Assembly: GCA_937864465.1 (NCBI GenBank)
Contig: CALMJU010000081.1
Coordinates: 10,857 to 74,856 of the forward strand
From: an uncultured Acidobacteriota bacterium
Lineage (GTDB): Bacteria > Acidobacteriota > Polarisedimenticolia > Polarisedimenticolales > JAIQFR01
Reading direction: 5' to 3'
DNA: 64,000 bases
Below, piece after piece: positions 33,935-42,839 of the stretch. Below the pieces are notes generated by a model. The model saw only the letters and a program-made list of their open reading frames with translations. It did no database searches and had not been told where the DNA came from. Position 1 is the first letter of the stretch. Every line of letters starts with the position of its first letter. A program made the position numbers and the translations under genes.

Positions 33935-35234
33935 GCCTGCCTCCCAGCCTCGCGACGAGATCCTTCTCCTGCACGCTGCTCTGCTCCCCCGTGGCCAGAT
34001 CCTTGAGGCCGTAGCGCCCGCTCGCGATCTCGCTCTCCCCCACGAACAGGGCAAAGCGAGCCCGCACGCGGTCCGCGCGCTTGAGCTGCGCCCCCATCGG
34101 CCGCGAGGACATCGGCATCGCGACGCGCACCCCCGCGGCGCGCAACCGCCGGGCGAGCGCGATCGAGGCCCGCCACGCCGGCTCGCCGAGCGAGACCACG
34201 AAGACGTCCGTCCCCGCCGGAAGTCCTCGATCCCCGGGCATCAGGGACACGAGACGCTCCAGGCCGATCGCGAAGCCGAATCCGGGCACGGCGGGCCCGC
34301 CCAGGTCCTCCACCAGGCCGTCGTATCTTCCGCCCCCAAGGATGGCGCTCTGGGCGCCGAGGTCCCTCGACAGCACCTCGAAGACGGTTCGCTCGTAGTA
34401 GTCGAGCCCTCGGACGATCCGCGAATCCGCGCGGTACGGGATGCCGTACGCGTCGAGCGTCCGGCACACCTCCTCGAAGTGCTCCCGGCACCCTCCGCAC
34501 AGCAGGTCGAGGATCGTCGGAGCCCCCAGGAGCAGCTCCCGATCCGCCTCCACCTTGCAATCGAACACGCGGAGCGGGTTCTCCCGCGCGCGTCTCCGGC
34601 AATCCTCGCACAGCCGGTCGAGCCGAGGCTCGAGCCACCGGACCAGAGCCTCGCGGAAGCCCGGCCTGCACCGCGCGTCGCCGACCGAGTTCACGACCAG
34701 CTCCCGGTCCTCGATGCCGATCGCGTCGAGGAACGACCAGAGCATCTCGATCGTCTCCGCGTCGGCCAGCGGCTCCTTCGCCCCCAGGATCTCCGCTCCT
34801 ATCTGATGGAACTGGCGCTGGCGCCCCTTCTGCGGGCGCTCGTAGCGGAACATCGGCCCGATGTAGTAGACGCGCTCCGGGAAGCCGGCCGCGATGGTCC
34901 GGTGAAGGGAGTGCTCCACGAAGGCCCGGGCGACCGAAGCGGTCGCCTCCGGCCGCAGCGTGACCGACTCGCTCCCGGCCGAGAACGAGTACATCTCCTT
35001 CCGAACGATGTCGGTCGCCTCTCCGACGGAGCGGGTGAACAGCTCCGTCGGCTCGATCAGCGGCGTCCGGATCTCGCGGAAGCCGTAGCGCTCGAACACG
35101 GAGCGGGCCGCTCCCTCCACGTACTGCCAGCGAGCCGCCTCGTCCGGCAGGACGTCGCGCGTCCCTCGCACCGCCTGACACCGTGGCTTCACGACGAGCG
35201 CACCTCGGACCGCCCGGGCGCCCTTGTAGCACAT
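33924..35234 (-). CDS. hisS: histidine--tRNA ligase
   Basis: Contains ...QAVRGTRDVLPDE...YYIGPMFRYERPQKGRQRQFHQIG...GGGRYDGL. The start is set at ATG 35234. An in-frame GTG 14 codons downstream (35192) is an alternative. The 3' end overlaps the aspS start by 11 nt. Confidence 0.94.
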   Translation of the reverse strand: MCYKGARAVRGALVVKPRCQAVRGTRDVLPDEAARWQYVEGAARSVFERYGFREIRTPLIEPTELFTRSVGEATDIVRKEMYSFSAGSESVTLRPEATASVARAFVEHSLHRTIAAGFPERVYYIGPMFRYERPQKGRQRQFHQIGAEILGAKEPLADAETIEMLWSFLDAIGIEDRELVVNSVGDARCRPGFREALVRWLEPRLDRLCEDCRRRARENPLRVFDCKVEADRELLLGAPTILDLLCGGCREHFEEVCRTLDAYGIPYRADSRIVRGLDYYERTVFEVLSRDLGAQSAILGGGRYDGLVEDLGGPAVPGFGFAIGLERLVSLMPGDRGLPAGTDVFVVSLGEPAWRASIALARRLRAAGVRVAMPMSSRPMGAQLKRADRVRARFALFVGESEIASGRYGLKDLATGEQSSVQEKDLVARLGGRHGE

Positions 35235-35340
35235 AACCTCAAGCCGGGCAAATGGTTGCACGCATACGGCGTGGTAAGATCGGTCCGAGCGGCCCGTCGG
35301 CGGGAAACCCGGCCGAGGCGCCGGCTCGGAGCTCGAGCGG

Positions 35341-36222
35341 ATGTGGTCCCCGGTCCAGGCCCGCCTCGCGGTCTTCCTCGGTGCGATCCTCTTCCTCCTC
35401 ACTCAGGCGCCGATCGCGCAGACTCCCACGACGACCCGGGACTCGCCCAACCTCTATCCGGCGGCCCTCCCCCCGAGAAAGGGCCCTCTCCCGACGCGCT
35501 TCGCGTTCCGCGCCGAGGCCGACATTCCGATCCCGGCTCCGCGGCCCGGCTCCCGCCTGCAGTGGACCGGAGAGCGGGTGCGGTTCGAGACCGACTCCGG
35601 CCCCATGGAGATCGAGCCGGCGCCGGGGGCCGACCCCGCTCCGAGCGTCCCCGCGATCGAGGAGCCGCCGTGGGTGACGGCGGCGGGGGAGCGGTTCCGC
35701 GTCCGCACGCTTCCCGAGGGACGGGTCGAGGCCCAGAAGAGGTCGAGGCTGACCAAGAGCGGCTGGCGGCGGGCGTGGAGCCTCCACGTAGCGGGACGCA
35801 CTCCTTCTCCCCCCGTCCTCCTCGGTCGCAGGGTCTTCTTCGGCTCGGTCGACGGGCAGGTCTACTGCGTCCGCCTCGACAACGGCCACCGCAACTGGGC
35901 CGTGGACCTCGGCGATCGCGTGTCCATGGCGCTCGCCGCGGGAACATTCGCGCCCCCGGGGGCGGCCCAATCCCGCCCCACGCTCGAGTTCGTCCTCGCG
36001 GTCCCGGACGACGGAGCCTCCGTCGTGGCGCTCGATGCCTACGACGGGAGCCGCGTGGCCGTCCACCCGGCGGCCGACCGGGACATGCTCGTGACGCCTC
36101 CCCTTCTCCTCCCCGACGGCAGGGTCGCCGTCGGCCAAGTCGGGTACGTCGGATCGGGCGCGGAGCTGCTCGTGCTCCGGATGGAGCCGCTCCCCGAGGA
36201 GTCTGCGCCGGCGGCCCGCTGA
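35341..36222 (+). CDS. secreted hypothetical protein with one or two PQQ/BamB-like beta-propeller repeat signatures
   Basis: 293 aa: MWSPVQARLAVFLGAILFLLTQAPIAQ (signal peptide). FFGSVDGQVYCVRLDNGHRNWAV resembles a PQQ-like repeat. I recognise no firm family. Confidence 0.7.
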   Translation: MWSPVQARLAVFLGAILFLLTQAPIAQTPTTTRDSPNLYPAALPPRKGPLPTRFAFRAEADIPIPAPRPGSRLQWTGERVRFETDSGPMEIEPAPGADPAPSVPAIEEPPWVTAAGERFRVRTLPEGRVEAQKRSRLTKSGWRRAWSLHVAGRTPSPPVLLGRRVFFGSVDGQVYCVRLDNGHRNWAVDLGDRVSMALAAGTFAPPGAAQSRPTLEFVLAVPDDGASVVALDAYDGSRVAVHPAADRDMLVTPPLLLPDGRVAVGQVGYVGSGAELLVLRMEPLPEESAPAAR

Positions 36223-36263
36223 ACTATCATTCGCGAAGCGGAAGCGCGAGGCGCGGGAGCGCG

Positions 36264-37451
36264 ATGAGGCATCTGCCGAACCCGAGGGCGCGAAGGGAGG
36301 GTCCTCTCCGCGCCCCGATCCTCGACCGGGACGGCTTCGAGCGGGCGCGCTCCATCCTCGCCGCGTGGCCCGGGTACGCGAGGACGCCGCTCCGAGATCT
36401 CCGGGGACTCGCGGCGAGGCTCGGCATCGGCCGCCTCTTTTACAAGGACGAGGGAAGTCGCTTCGGGATCGGGAGCTTCAAGGCGCTCGGCGGCGCGTAC
36501 GCGGTGTTCCGGCACCTCGAGGAGGTCCTGGCGGGCGGCGCACCGGCGCGCCGCCCGTCGCTCCACGATCTCCTCGCGGGCCGCCGCCGCGAGGCCGCTT
36601 CCGCGATCACGGTGACCGCCGCAACCGACGGGAACCACGGCAGGTCGGTAGCGTGGGGGGCCTTCCTTCTCGGCTGCCGCGCAGTGATCTACGTCCCCGA
36701 GAGCGTGAGCCGGGCGCGGCGGGAGGCGATCGCGGGCCACGGCGCGAGCGTCGTCGTCGTCCCGGGCGACTACGACGACGCCGTTCGTGCCTGCGCACGC
36801 GACGCCACGCTCCACGGCCGCCGCGTCGTCACCGACACGTCCTACGAGGGGGAGAACGTCCTCCCCCTCGAGGTCATGCAGGGGTACCGGGTGATGGTCG
36901 AGGAGGTCCTCGATCAGCTCCCCCCGGGCGTCGCCCTCACCCACGCGTTCGTGCAGGGCGGCGTCGGCGCCCTTCCCGCGGCGGTGGTCGAGCACCTCGA
37001 GCAGGCGCTCGGCCCCGGCCGTCCTCGCGTCGTCGTCGTCGAGCCGGAGTCCGCCGACTGCCTCTACCGCTCCGCCGAGACCGGCGCCCCCGCGAGGGCC
37101 TCGGGGGACCTCCGCACCGTCATGGGCGGCCTCGCCTGCGGCGAGCCGTCCCGCGTCGCGTGGGAGATCCTCTCCGATCTCGCCGACGATTTCCTCGCCC
37201 TGGGAGACGACCCCGCCCTCGAGGCCGTCCGGACGCTCGCGCGGGGCGAGGGAGGCGATCCCCCGATCGAGGCCGGCGAGTCCGGCGCGGCGGGGATCGC
37301 CGCTCTCCTCGAGGCGGCGCGCCTCCGCGGCCTCGCGGGGAGGCTGGGCCTCGACGCAGCGAGCCTGGTCCTGACGTTCGGAACGGAGGGTGCCGTCGAT
37401 CCGGAGGCCTTTGAGCGGGTCGTCGGCCGGCCTCCCCGGAGGAAGCCATGA
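36264..37451 (+). CDS. dpaL: diaminopropionate ammonia-lyase (PLP-dependent)
   Basis: 395 aa from ATG 36264. It aligns by eye along its whole length with E. coli YgeX/DpaL: GSFKALGGAYA (PLP Lys), ATDGNHGRSVAW, MQGY, VEPESADCLYRS, MGGLACGEP, GESGAAG. Confidence 0.9.
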   Translation: MRHLPNPRARREGPLRAPILDRDGFERARSILAAWPGYARTPLRDLRGLAARLGIGRLFYKDEGSRFGIGSFKALGGAYAVFRHLEEVLAGGAPARRPSLHDLLAGRRREAASAITVTAATDGNHGRSVAWGAFLLGCRAVIYVPESVSRARREAIAGHGASVVVVPGDYDDAVRACARDATLHGRRVVTDTSYEGENVLPLEVMQGYRVMVEEVLDQLPPGVALTHAFVQGGVGALPAAVVEHLEQALGPGRPRVVVVEPESADCLYRSAETGAPARASGDLRTVMGGLACGEPSRVAWEILSDLADDFLALGDDPALEAVRTLARGEGGDPPIEAGESGAAGIAALLEAARLRGLAGRLGLDAASLVLTFGTEGAVDPEAFERVVGRPPRRKP

Positions 37452-37747
37452 AGGTCATCGCCGATCTCTGCGTCGTGCCCCTCGGGGTCGGGCTCTCCGC
37501 GTCCCCCTACGTCGCCGCCTGCCAGAAGGTGTTCGCCGAGGCCGGTCTCGAGAGCCGGCTGCACGGGTACGGGACCAATCTCGAGGGAGAGTGGGACGAC
37601 GTCTTCGCGGCGATCCGGAGATGTCACGAGGTCGTGCACGCCATGGGAGCGCCGCGCATCTCCTCGACCCTCCGGTTCGGCACCCGCACCGACCGCGAGC
37701 AGACGATCGAGGAGAAGATCGAGAGCGTGGAGCGGAAGCTTCGCTGA
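37448..37747 (+). CDS. MTH1187/YkoF-family (DUF77) small protein
   Basis: 99 aa: MKVIADLCVVPLGVGLSASPYVAACQKVF...GYGTNLEGEWDDVF. This pattern is typical of DUF77. The start overlaps the dpaL stop (ATGA). Confidence 0.85.
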   Translation: MKVIADLCVVPLGVGLSASPYVAACQKVFAEAGLESRLHGYGTNLEGEWDDVFAAIRRCHEVVHAMGAPRISSTLRFGTRTDREQTIEEKIESVERKLR

Positions 37748-37769
37748 GGCGCGACGCGCCTTGCCTCGC

Positions 37770-38942
37770 TCAGCGGATCGCTTCGAGATCGTCCGGCCAG
37801 GTCCCTCCGCAGCCCTGGAACGATCTTCCCCGGCCGCCCCCTTTTGCTCCGAGGGCCCCCCGAAGCCTGGCCGCCAGCTCCGCGACGTCCGAAGGTCCCG
37901 AGGCTCCCGACTGCACGAGGAAGCAGGTCTCGGGAGGCTCCCCCGCCCGGCCGACGAGCGCGACGACGGCCTCCGGCCGCGCCTTCAGCACCGCCGAGGC
38001 GATCGCGCGCAGCCTCTCGGGTCCCGCCCCGTCGATCCTCCGCGCGAGCAGAGGCCCCGCCTCCGCCGCCATCGAGAGCGCCTCCCGCTCCGCGATCTCG
38101 CCTTCCAGACGGCGCAAGCCCCGCTCGAGCAGCCGGTGCCCCTCCTCCCGCACGTCGAGCACCGAGGCGAACTCCTCCCTGCGGGTGCCGAGCCTCGCCT
38201 TGAGGCCCTCCTCGATCTCCGCGCCTCGCCGGAGCTCCCGCAGGACCCTCTCTCCCGCCAGGAAGCGGATTCTCGCCCCTCCCCGGGCCGGAGCGGCGTC
38301 CAGCAGGCGCACCATCTGGATCTCGGCGAGGCGGCGCACGTGCGTCCCGCCGCACGTGTTGAGGTCGAGCCCCTCGATCTCGACGAGACGGATGTCGCCG
38401 CGGTGCCCCTCGGGCAGCCCCCTCGATCGCACGGGAAGGGACTCGTACTCCTCCCTCGTCACCCAGCGGGCGCCGACCCTCCGGTCCAGCCGGATCTCCG
38501 CGTTGACCTCGTCCTCGAACCCCGCGAGGCGCTCCCGCCCCGGCACCTCCCCCGCAATCTCGATCGCCGCGTACTCCTCGCCGAGATGGAACGCGGTCGT
38601 CGGGAGTCCGTGCCGGGAGAGGAGAATGGCGGTCAGGAGGTGCTGCGCGGTGTGCTGCTGGCTCCGCTCGAAGCGGAGCGGCGCGTCGATCCTCGCGACG
38701 GCGGGCCCCTCCGGGAGGGGGCGCTCGAGGACGTGCAGGATCTCCTCGCCGCGGGACAGGACGTCGAGGACCGGCACGTCCGAAATGGTGCCCCGGTCCG
38801 CCGCCTGCCCCCCGCCTCCGGGGTAGAACACCGTCGCCTCGAGCCGGACCCATGGCTTCCCGCCCGTGGCGCCCGTCGCGACGATCTGCGTCTCGACGAG
38901 ATCGAGCTGCGGGTCCTCGTGGAACAGCTTTCGGTCCGGCAA
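37770..38942 (-). CDS. alaX: alanyl-tRNA editing protein (AlaX-L type: editing domain plus C-terminal DHHA1-like region)
   Basis: 390 aa from TTG 38942. It has the zinc-binding editing motifs HTAQHLL and CGGTHV, as in the AlaRS/ThrRS second additional domain. Confidence 0.88.
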   Translation of the reverse strand: MPDRKLFHEDPQLDLVETQIVATGATGGKPWVRLEATVFYPGGGGQAADRGTISDVPVLDVLSRGEEILHVLERPLPEGPAVARIDAPLRFERSQQHTAQHLLTAILLSRHGLPTTAFHLGEEYAAIEIAGEVPGRERLAGFEDEVNAEIRLDRRVGARWVTREEYESLPVRSRGLPEGHRGDIRLVEIEGLDLNTCGGTHVRRLAEIQMVRLLDAAPARGGARIRFLAGERVLRELRRGAEIEEGLKARLGTRREEFASVLDVREEGHRLLERGLRRLEGEIAEREALSMAAEAGPLLARRIDGAGPERLRAIASAVLKARPEAVVALVGRAGEPPETCFLVQSGASGPSDVAELAARLRGALGAKGGGRGRSFQGCGGTWPDDLEAIR

Positions 38943-38972
38943 GGCAGCCTCGCGCGAAGCCGGCGCCGCGCC

Positions 38973-39569
38973 TCAGCGCACGACGACGAGCACCTGGCCC
39001 GCCCGGACCTCCGCCGCGTCCGCGCACCGGACCTCGACGACCGTCGCGCGATCGGGGAACCCGGGCCCGCCGTACAGGATCTGGTTGAACGTCTTCATGA
39101 CCTCCACGAGGCCGACCGGATCGCCCGAGGCCACCACGGCCCCCACCTCGACGAACGGCGGCGCTCCGGGGCTCGGGCTCCGGTAGAAGACGCCGTCGGT
39201 CGGCGAGAGAATCGCCCGGGTCCCCACGGCGAGACCGGCTCCGGCGGGATGCCCGACGACGGCCGCGTCCCCCTCGAGCGCGGCCGCGGTCTCGCCCCCG
39301 ACCGGAGACATCTCGAACAGGCACTGCCCGAACTCCACGGCCACCGATCGGAGAGCGGGGAGCCGGCCCGTCACCCGGCCGGCGGCTCCGTCCGGGAGCA
39401 CGAGGAGGACCTTGCGGTTCAGGTGGCGCACGACTCCCGCGCGACTCCCGGGTCCCAGGAAGGCCCCGGCGTGCGGCTGCTCCGACCAGGTTCCCACGAT
39501 CGGCGAGAGCACGCGGGCCGCGCCGCTCTCCCCCGTCTCGACCTTCGCGACGAGAATGTCCCCGTCCAT
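38973..39569 (-). CDS. biotin carboxyl carrier-like protein with tandem biotinyl/lipoyl-like halves
   Basis: 198 aa. The C-terminal half carries the biotinylation context (GLVEVMKTFNQI, EAMKM-like) within ILSPTDGVFY...GQVLVVV. The N-terminal half (VLSPIVGTW...GQCLFEMS) looks like a degenerate copy without the Lys motif. Confidence 0.85.
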   Translation of the reverse strand: MDGDILVAKVETGESGAARVLSPIVGTWSEQPHAGAFLGPGSRAGVVRHLNRKVLLVLPDGAAGRVTGRLPALRSVAVEFGQCLFEMSPVGGETAAALEGDAAVVGHPAGAGLAVGTRAILSPTDGVFYRSPSPGAPPFVEVGAVVASGDPVGLVEVMKTFNQILYGGPGFPDRATVVEVRCADAAEVRAGQVLVVVR

Positions 39570-39573
39570 CGTC

Positions 39574-41298
39574 TCACCCCGCCAGCGCGGCGATGTCGTG
39601 CAGCGACCAGATCCGCGGATTCTTGACCCGCCGGTACCCGATCGACTGGTAGGCCATCGCGATCGCCGACTCGATCCAGAGGCGCAGCTCGCCGGGACAG
39701 ACGATCTCGTCGACGTCCATCCGCGAGGCCGCGAGCACGGGGTCCATCTCCCGCTGGATCCGGGCCTCGACCGTCTCCATGCCTCGCCGGATCTCGGCCG
39801 CCTCCTCGGGCGTGGCGGCGACGACGTGGAAGTTGTCGTCGAGCCTGGCGTTGAACGCTCCGATCGCGAGCGTCTTCCCCTCCATCACCGCGAGCCGCGT
39901 GAGCGGCGTCGCGAGCTGCAGCACCGGAAGGTACGGAAGGCCCGCCAGCGCGTAGTAGCCGGCGCCCGACGCCTTCCGGAGGAGGACGGTGAACATCGGC
40001 ACATCGTTCGTCGAGTTCGTGTAGATCAGGCTCGATCCGTATCCGAGCAGCCCCTGGCGCTCCGCCTCAGGCCCGATGTCGAAGCCGGAGATGTCCTGCA
40101 GCCACACGATCGGGATGCCGTCGTCGTTGCACGCCCGCGAAAACTGCGAGACCTTCGCGATCCCCTCCCGGTAGAGGATCCCGCCCGGCCGCTTCGCTCC
40201 CCGGTGGACGGGATCGTCGGTCAGGAGGGGGTGGTTGGCGACGAACCCCGCGTACAGCCCCCCGACGCGCCCCACCCCGCAGATCATCTCGGGCCCCGCC
40301 CCCGGGAGCACCTCCCAGAACAGCGAGTGGTCCACGATCCGCGCGAGCACCTGCCGCATGTCGTACCCCATGCGGTGGTCGGCCGGGAAGAGGCCGTCCA
40401 GCTCCTCCGGCGGATACAGAGGGGGCGCCGGCTCGGCGCCGTAGCGGTAGTAGTCCCACGCCGGGCTCGGGAGCTTCGCCACCTCCGCCCGGACCCGGTC
40501 CACGAGGACGTCGTCGTCCGGCACGCGATGGTCGGCGCAGCGGCTCCCGTGGACGTGGACGTCCGGTCCCCCGATCGACAGCGACGTGATCTTCTGTGAC
40601 TTTCCCCCCTTCACCAGCGCCGCGCCCGCGATCACCATGTACGCCTGCTCGGTCATGTAGACGACGTCGCTGATGATCGGCATGTAGCCGCCGCCCGCGA
40701 TGCAGTCCCCGTGGACCCCGGCGATCTGCGGGACTCCGGCCGCCGACAGGATCGCGTTGCTGCGGAAGATCCCTCCGGCCCCCGTCCTTCCCGGGAAGGT
40801 CCGCGACTGCTCGGGAAGGAAGAGCCCCGACGAGTCCACCAGGTACACGACCGGCAGCCGCAGCCGGAGCGCCGCCTCCTGCGCGCGCTGGATCTTCTCG
40901 GGGGTCCTCGGCCACCACGATCCCGAGGCCACCGCGTTGTCGTTCGCGATCGCGACGACCCATCGTCCGTGCACGCGGACGAACGCCGTCACGACACCCG
41001 CCCCCGGCGACGTCCTCCCCTCCTCGCCGAAGGTCTCCGCGTGGTTGACGAGCGTTCCGATCGGGAGGATCGGAGAATCGGAGTCCCGCAGGCGATCCAG
41101 GCGCTCCCAGGTCGGGAGCTTCCCCTTCTCCCGGACGCGGGCCTGGTACTTCGGCCCCCATCCCGCCCGCACGCCCTCCCGCTTCGAGCGCAGCTCGGCG
41201 TTCAGCCGCTCGAGCGCCCCGCGCCGCTCCCGCCACTCGTCCTCGCGAAGGAACCGCTCCCGCGGCCCGCCGATCGGCTCCAAGAATACCTTCGCCAT
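39574..41298 (-). CDS. acyl-CoA carboxylase carboxyltransferase subunit (fused N and C CT domains)
   Basis: 574 aa. It contains [34 protein letters not shown], and VWLQDISGF. These belong to the propionyl/methylcrotonyl-CoA carboxylase beta / GcdA-type family. Substrate cannot be assigned. Confidence 0.9.
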   Translation of the reverse strand: MAKVFLEPIGGPRERFLREDEWRERRGALERLNAELRSKREGVRAGWGPKYQARVREKGKLPTWERLDRLRDSDSPILPIGTLVNHAETFGEEGRTSPGAGVVTAFVRVHGRWVVAIANDNAVASGSWWPRTPEKIQRAQEAALRLRLPVVYLVDSSGLFLPEQSRTFPGRTGAGGIFRSNAILSAAGVPQIAGVHGDCIAGGGYMPIISDVVYMTEQAYMVIAGAALVKGGKSQKITSLSIGGPDVHVHGSRCADHRVPDDDVLVDRVRAEVAKLPSPAWDYYRYGAEPAPPLYPPEELDGLFPADHRMGYDMRQVLARIVDHSLFWEVLPGAGPEMICGVGRVGGLYAGFVANHPLLTDDPVHRGAKRPGGILYREGIAKVSQFSRACNDDGIPIVWLQDISGFDIGPEAERQGLLGYGSSLIYTNSTNDVPMFTVLLRKASGAGYYALAGLPYLPVLQLATPLTRLAVMEGKTLAIGAFNARLDDNFHVVAATPEEAAEIRRGMETVEARIQREMDPVLAASRMDVDEIVCPGELRLWIESAIAMAYQSIGYRRVKNPRIWSLHDIAALAG

Positions 41299-41304
41299 GC
41301 TCTC

Positions 41305-42666
41305 CTAGCCCCGAAGAAGCCCGCTCGCCGCGAGGAAGCCGACGTCGTACTCCCCCTGCAGGAAGCGCGGATGGTCGAGCACCGAGCGCAGGAGCGACGC
41401 CGTCGTCTTGACCCCCCCGACGTGCAGCGACTCGAGCGCGCGTCGCCCCGCCTCGATCGCCCGAAGGCGATCCGGGGCGTGCACGATCAGCTTGCCGACG
41501 AGCGAATCGTAATGAGGAGGGATCCGGTAGCCCGGCTCGACCGCCGAGTCCCAGCGAACCCGGACCGAATCGCCCCCGCCGCCGGGCGCACGGAACTCCC
41601 GCACGAGCCCGGGATCGGGACGGAATCCCTCGGCGGGATCCTCGGCGTTGATCCGGAACTCGATGGCGTGCCCGTCCATCCGGACGTCGTCCTGGGCGAA
41701 ATGGAGCCGCTCGTGGGCCGCGATCCGGATCTGCTCGGCCACGAGGTCCACCCCCGTCACCATCTCCGTCACCGGGTGCTCCACCTGCAGCCGCGTGTTC
41801 ATCTCCATGAAGTACAGCGCCCCGTCGGGGGCGCGCAGGAACTCCACCGTCCCCGCGTTCCGGTAGCCGAACCCCGCCACCGCCCTCGCCACGCGCGCGC
41901 CCATCCCGTCGCGCGTCCCGCCGTCCACCACCGGCGACGGCGACTCCTCGATCAGCTTCTGGTGGTTCCTCTGCACGGAGCACTCGCGCTCCCCCAGGTG
42001 CACGCTCGCCCCGAACGCGTCGCAGAGCACCTGGAACTCGACGTGGCGGCCTCCCTCCAGGTACTTCTCCAGGTACAGGCCCGCGTTCCCGAACGCCTTC
42101 TCGGCCTCCAGGGACGCCTCGCCGAAGGCGCGCGACAGATCCTCCTCGCGCTCGCAGCGCCTCATCCCCTTCCCGCCTCCCCCGGCGGTCGCCTTGAGGA
42201 GCACCGGGTAGCCGATCTCCCTCGCCTCCAGGCAGGCCTGGTCGAGGCCGGAGAGAAGGCCGATCGTTCCCGGAATCGTGGGAACTCCGGCGCTCGCCAT
42301 CGTCCTCTTCGCCTCGATCTTGTCCCCCATCCTCCGCATCGCGGCGGGGCCCGGCCCGACGAACGCGATTCCCTGCTGCGCCGCCCTCGCCGAGAAGACG
42401 GCGTTCTCCGCCAGGAATCCGTAGCCCGGGTGGATCGCCTGGCAGGCGGTCTGCTCCGCCGCCTGGAGGATCGCGCCCGCGTCGAGGTAGGACCGGTCGG
42501 CCCTCGCCGGTCCGATGCACACCGCGGCGTCGGCCTCGCGCAGCCAGGGAGCGCCCCGGTCCGCCTCGGAGAAGACGGTCACGCTCTCGATGCCGAGGGA
42601 GCGGCACGCGCGGATCACCCGCAGGGCGATCTCCCCCCGGTTCGCCACCAGAATTCTGCGGAACAC
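41305..42666 (-). CDS. accC: biotin carboxylase
   Basis: 453 aa from GTG 42666, with a GGAGG SD 7 nt upstream: VFRRILVANRGEIALRVIRACRSLGI..., HPGYGFLAEN, GGGGKGMR, and EMNTRLQVEHPVTE. Confidence 0.95.
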   Translation of the reverse strand: MFRRILVANRGEIALRVIRACRSLGIESVTVFSEADRGAPWLREADAAVCIGPARADRSYLDAGAILQAAEQTACQAIHPGYGFLAENAVFSARAAQQGIAFVGPGPAAMRRMGDKIEAKRTMASAGVPTIPGTIGLLSGLDQACLEAREIGYPVLLKATAGGGGKGMRRCEREEDLSRAFGEASLEAEKAFGNAGLYLEKYLEGGRHVEFQVLCDAFGASVHLGERECSVQRNHQKLIEESPSPVVDGGTRDGMGARVARAVAGFGYRNAGTVEFLRAPDGALYFMEMNTRLQVEHPVTEMVTGVDLVAEQIRIAAHERLHFAQDDVRMDGHAIEFRINAEDPAEGFRPDPGLVREFRAPGGGGDSVRVRWDSAVEPGYRIPPHYDSLVGKLIVHAPDRLRAIEAGRRALESLHVGGVKTTASLLRSVLDHPRFLQGEYDVGFLAASGLLRG

Positions 42667-42695
42667 GCTCGTTCCTCCGCCGCGCGAACCGGGCG

Positions 42696-42724
42696 AGTCT
42701 AATCCCGGCCGCGGACGGCGGCAA
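42696..42724 (-). promoter_or_regulatory. candidate sigma70-type promoter for the accC-CT-BCCP-alaX unit
   Basis: The minus strand reads TTGCCG (42724-42719), a 17-nt spacer, then TAGACT (42701-42696). It lies about 30 nt upstream of the accC GTG. Confidence 0.35.
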
Positions 42725-42839
42725 TCGTCCCCCCGGACCGACCCGCCCGCTGCGCCGCGGCACGCGATCCGGTACACTACACCGGTCGAAGCGAATCGCG
42801 GCGTCGGGGCCGGTCGGCCGCGGCGCCGGGGAGACCGAC

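Noticed and set aside
37400-37450. A TPP or other riboswitch in front of the DUF77/YkoF-like gene.
   Set aside because: The gene start overlaps the dpaL stop, so there is no untranslated leader to hold a riboswitch.
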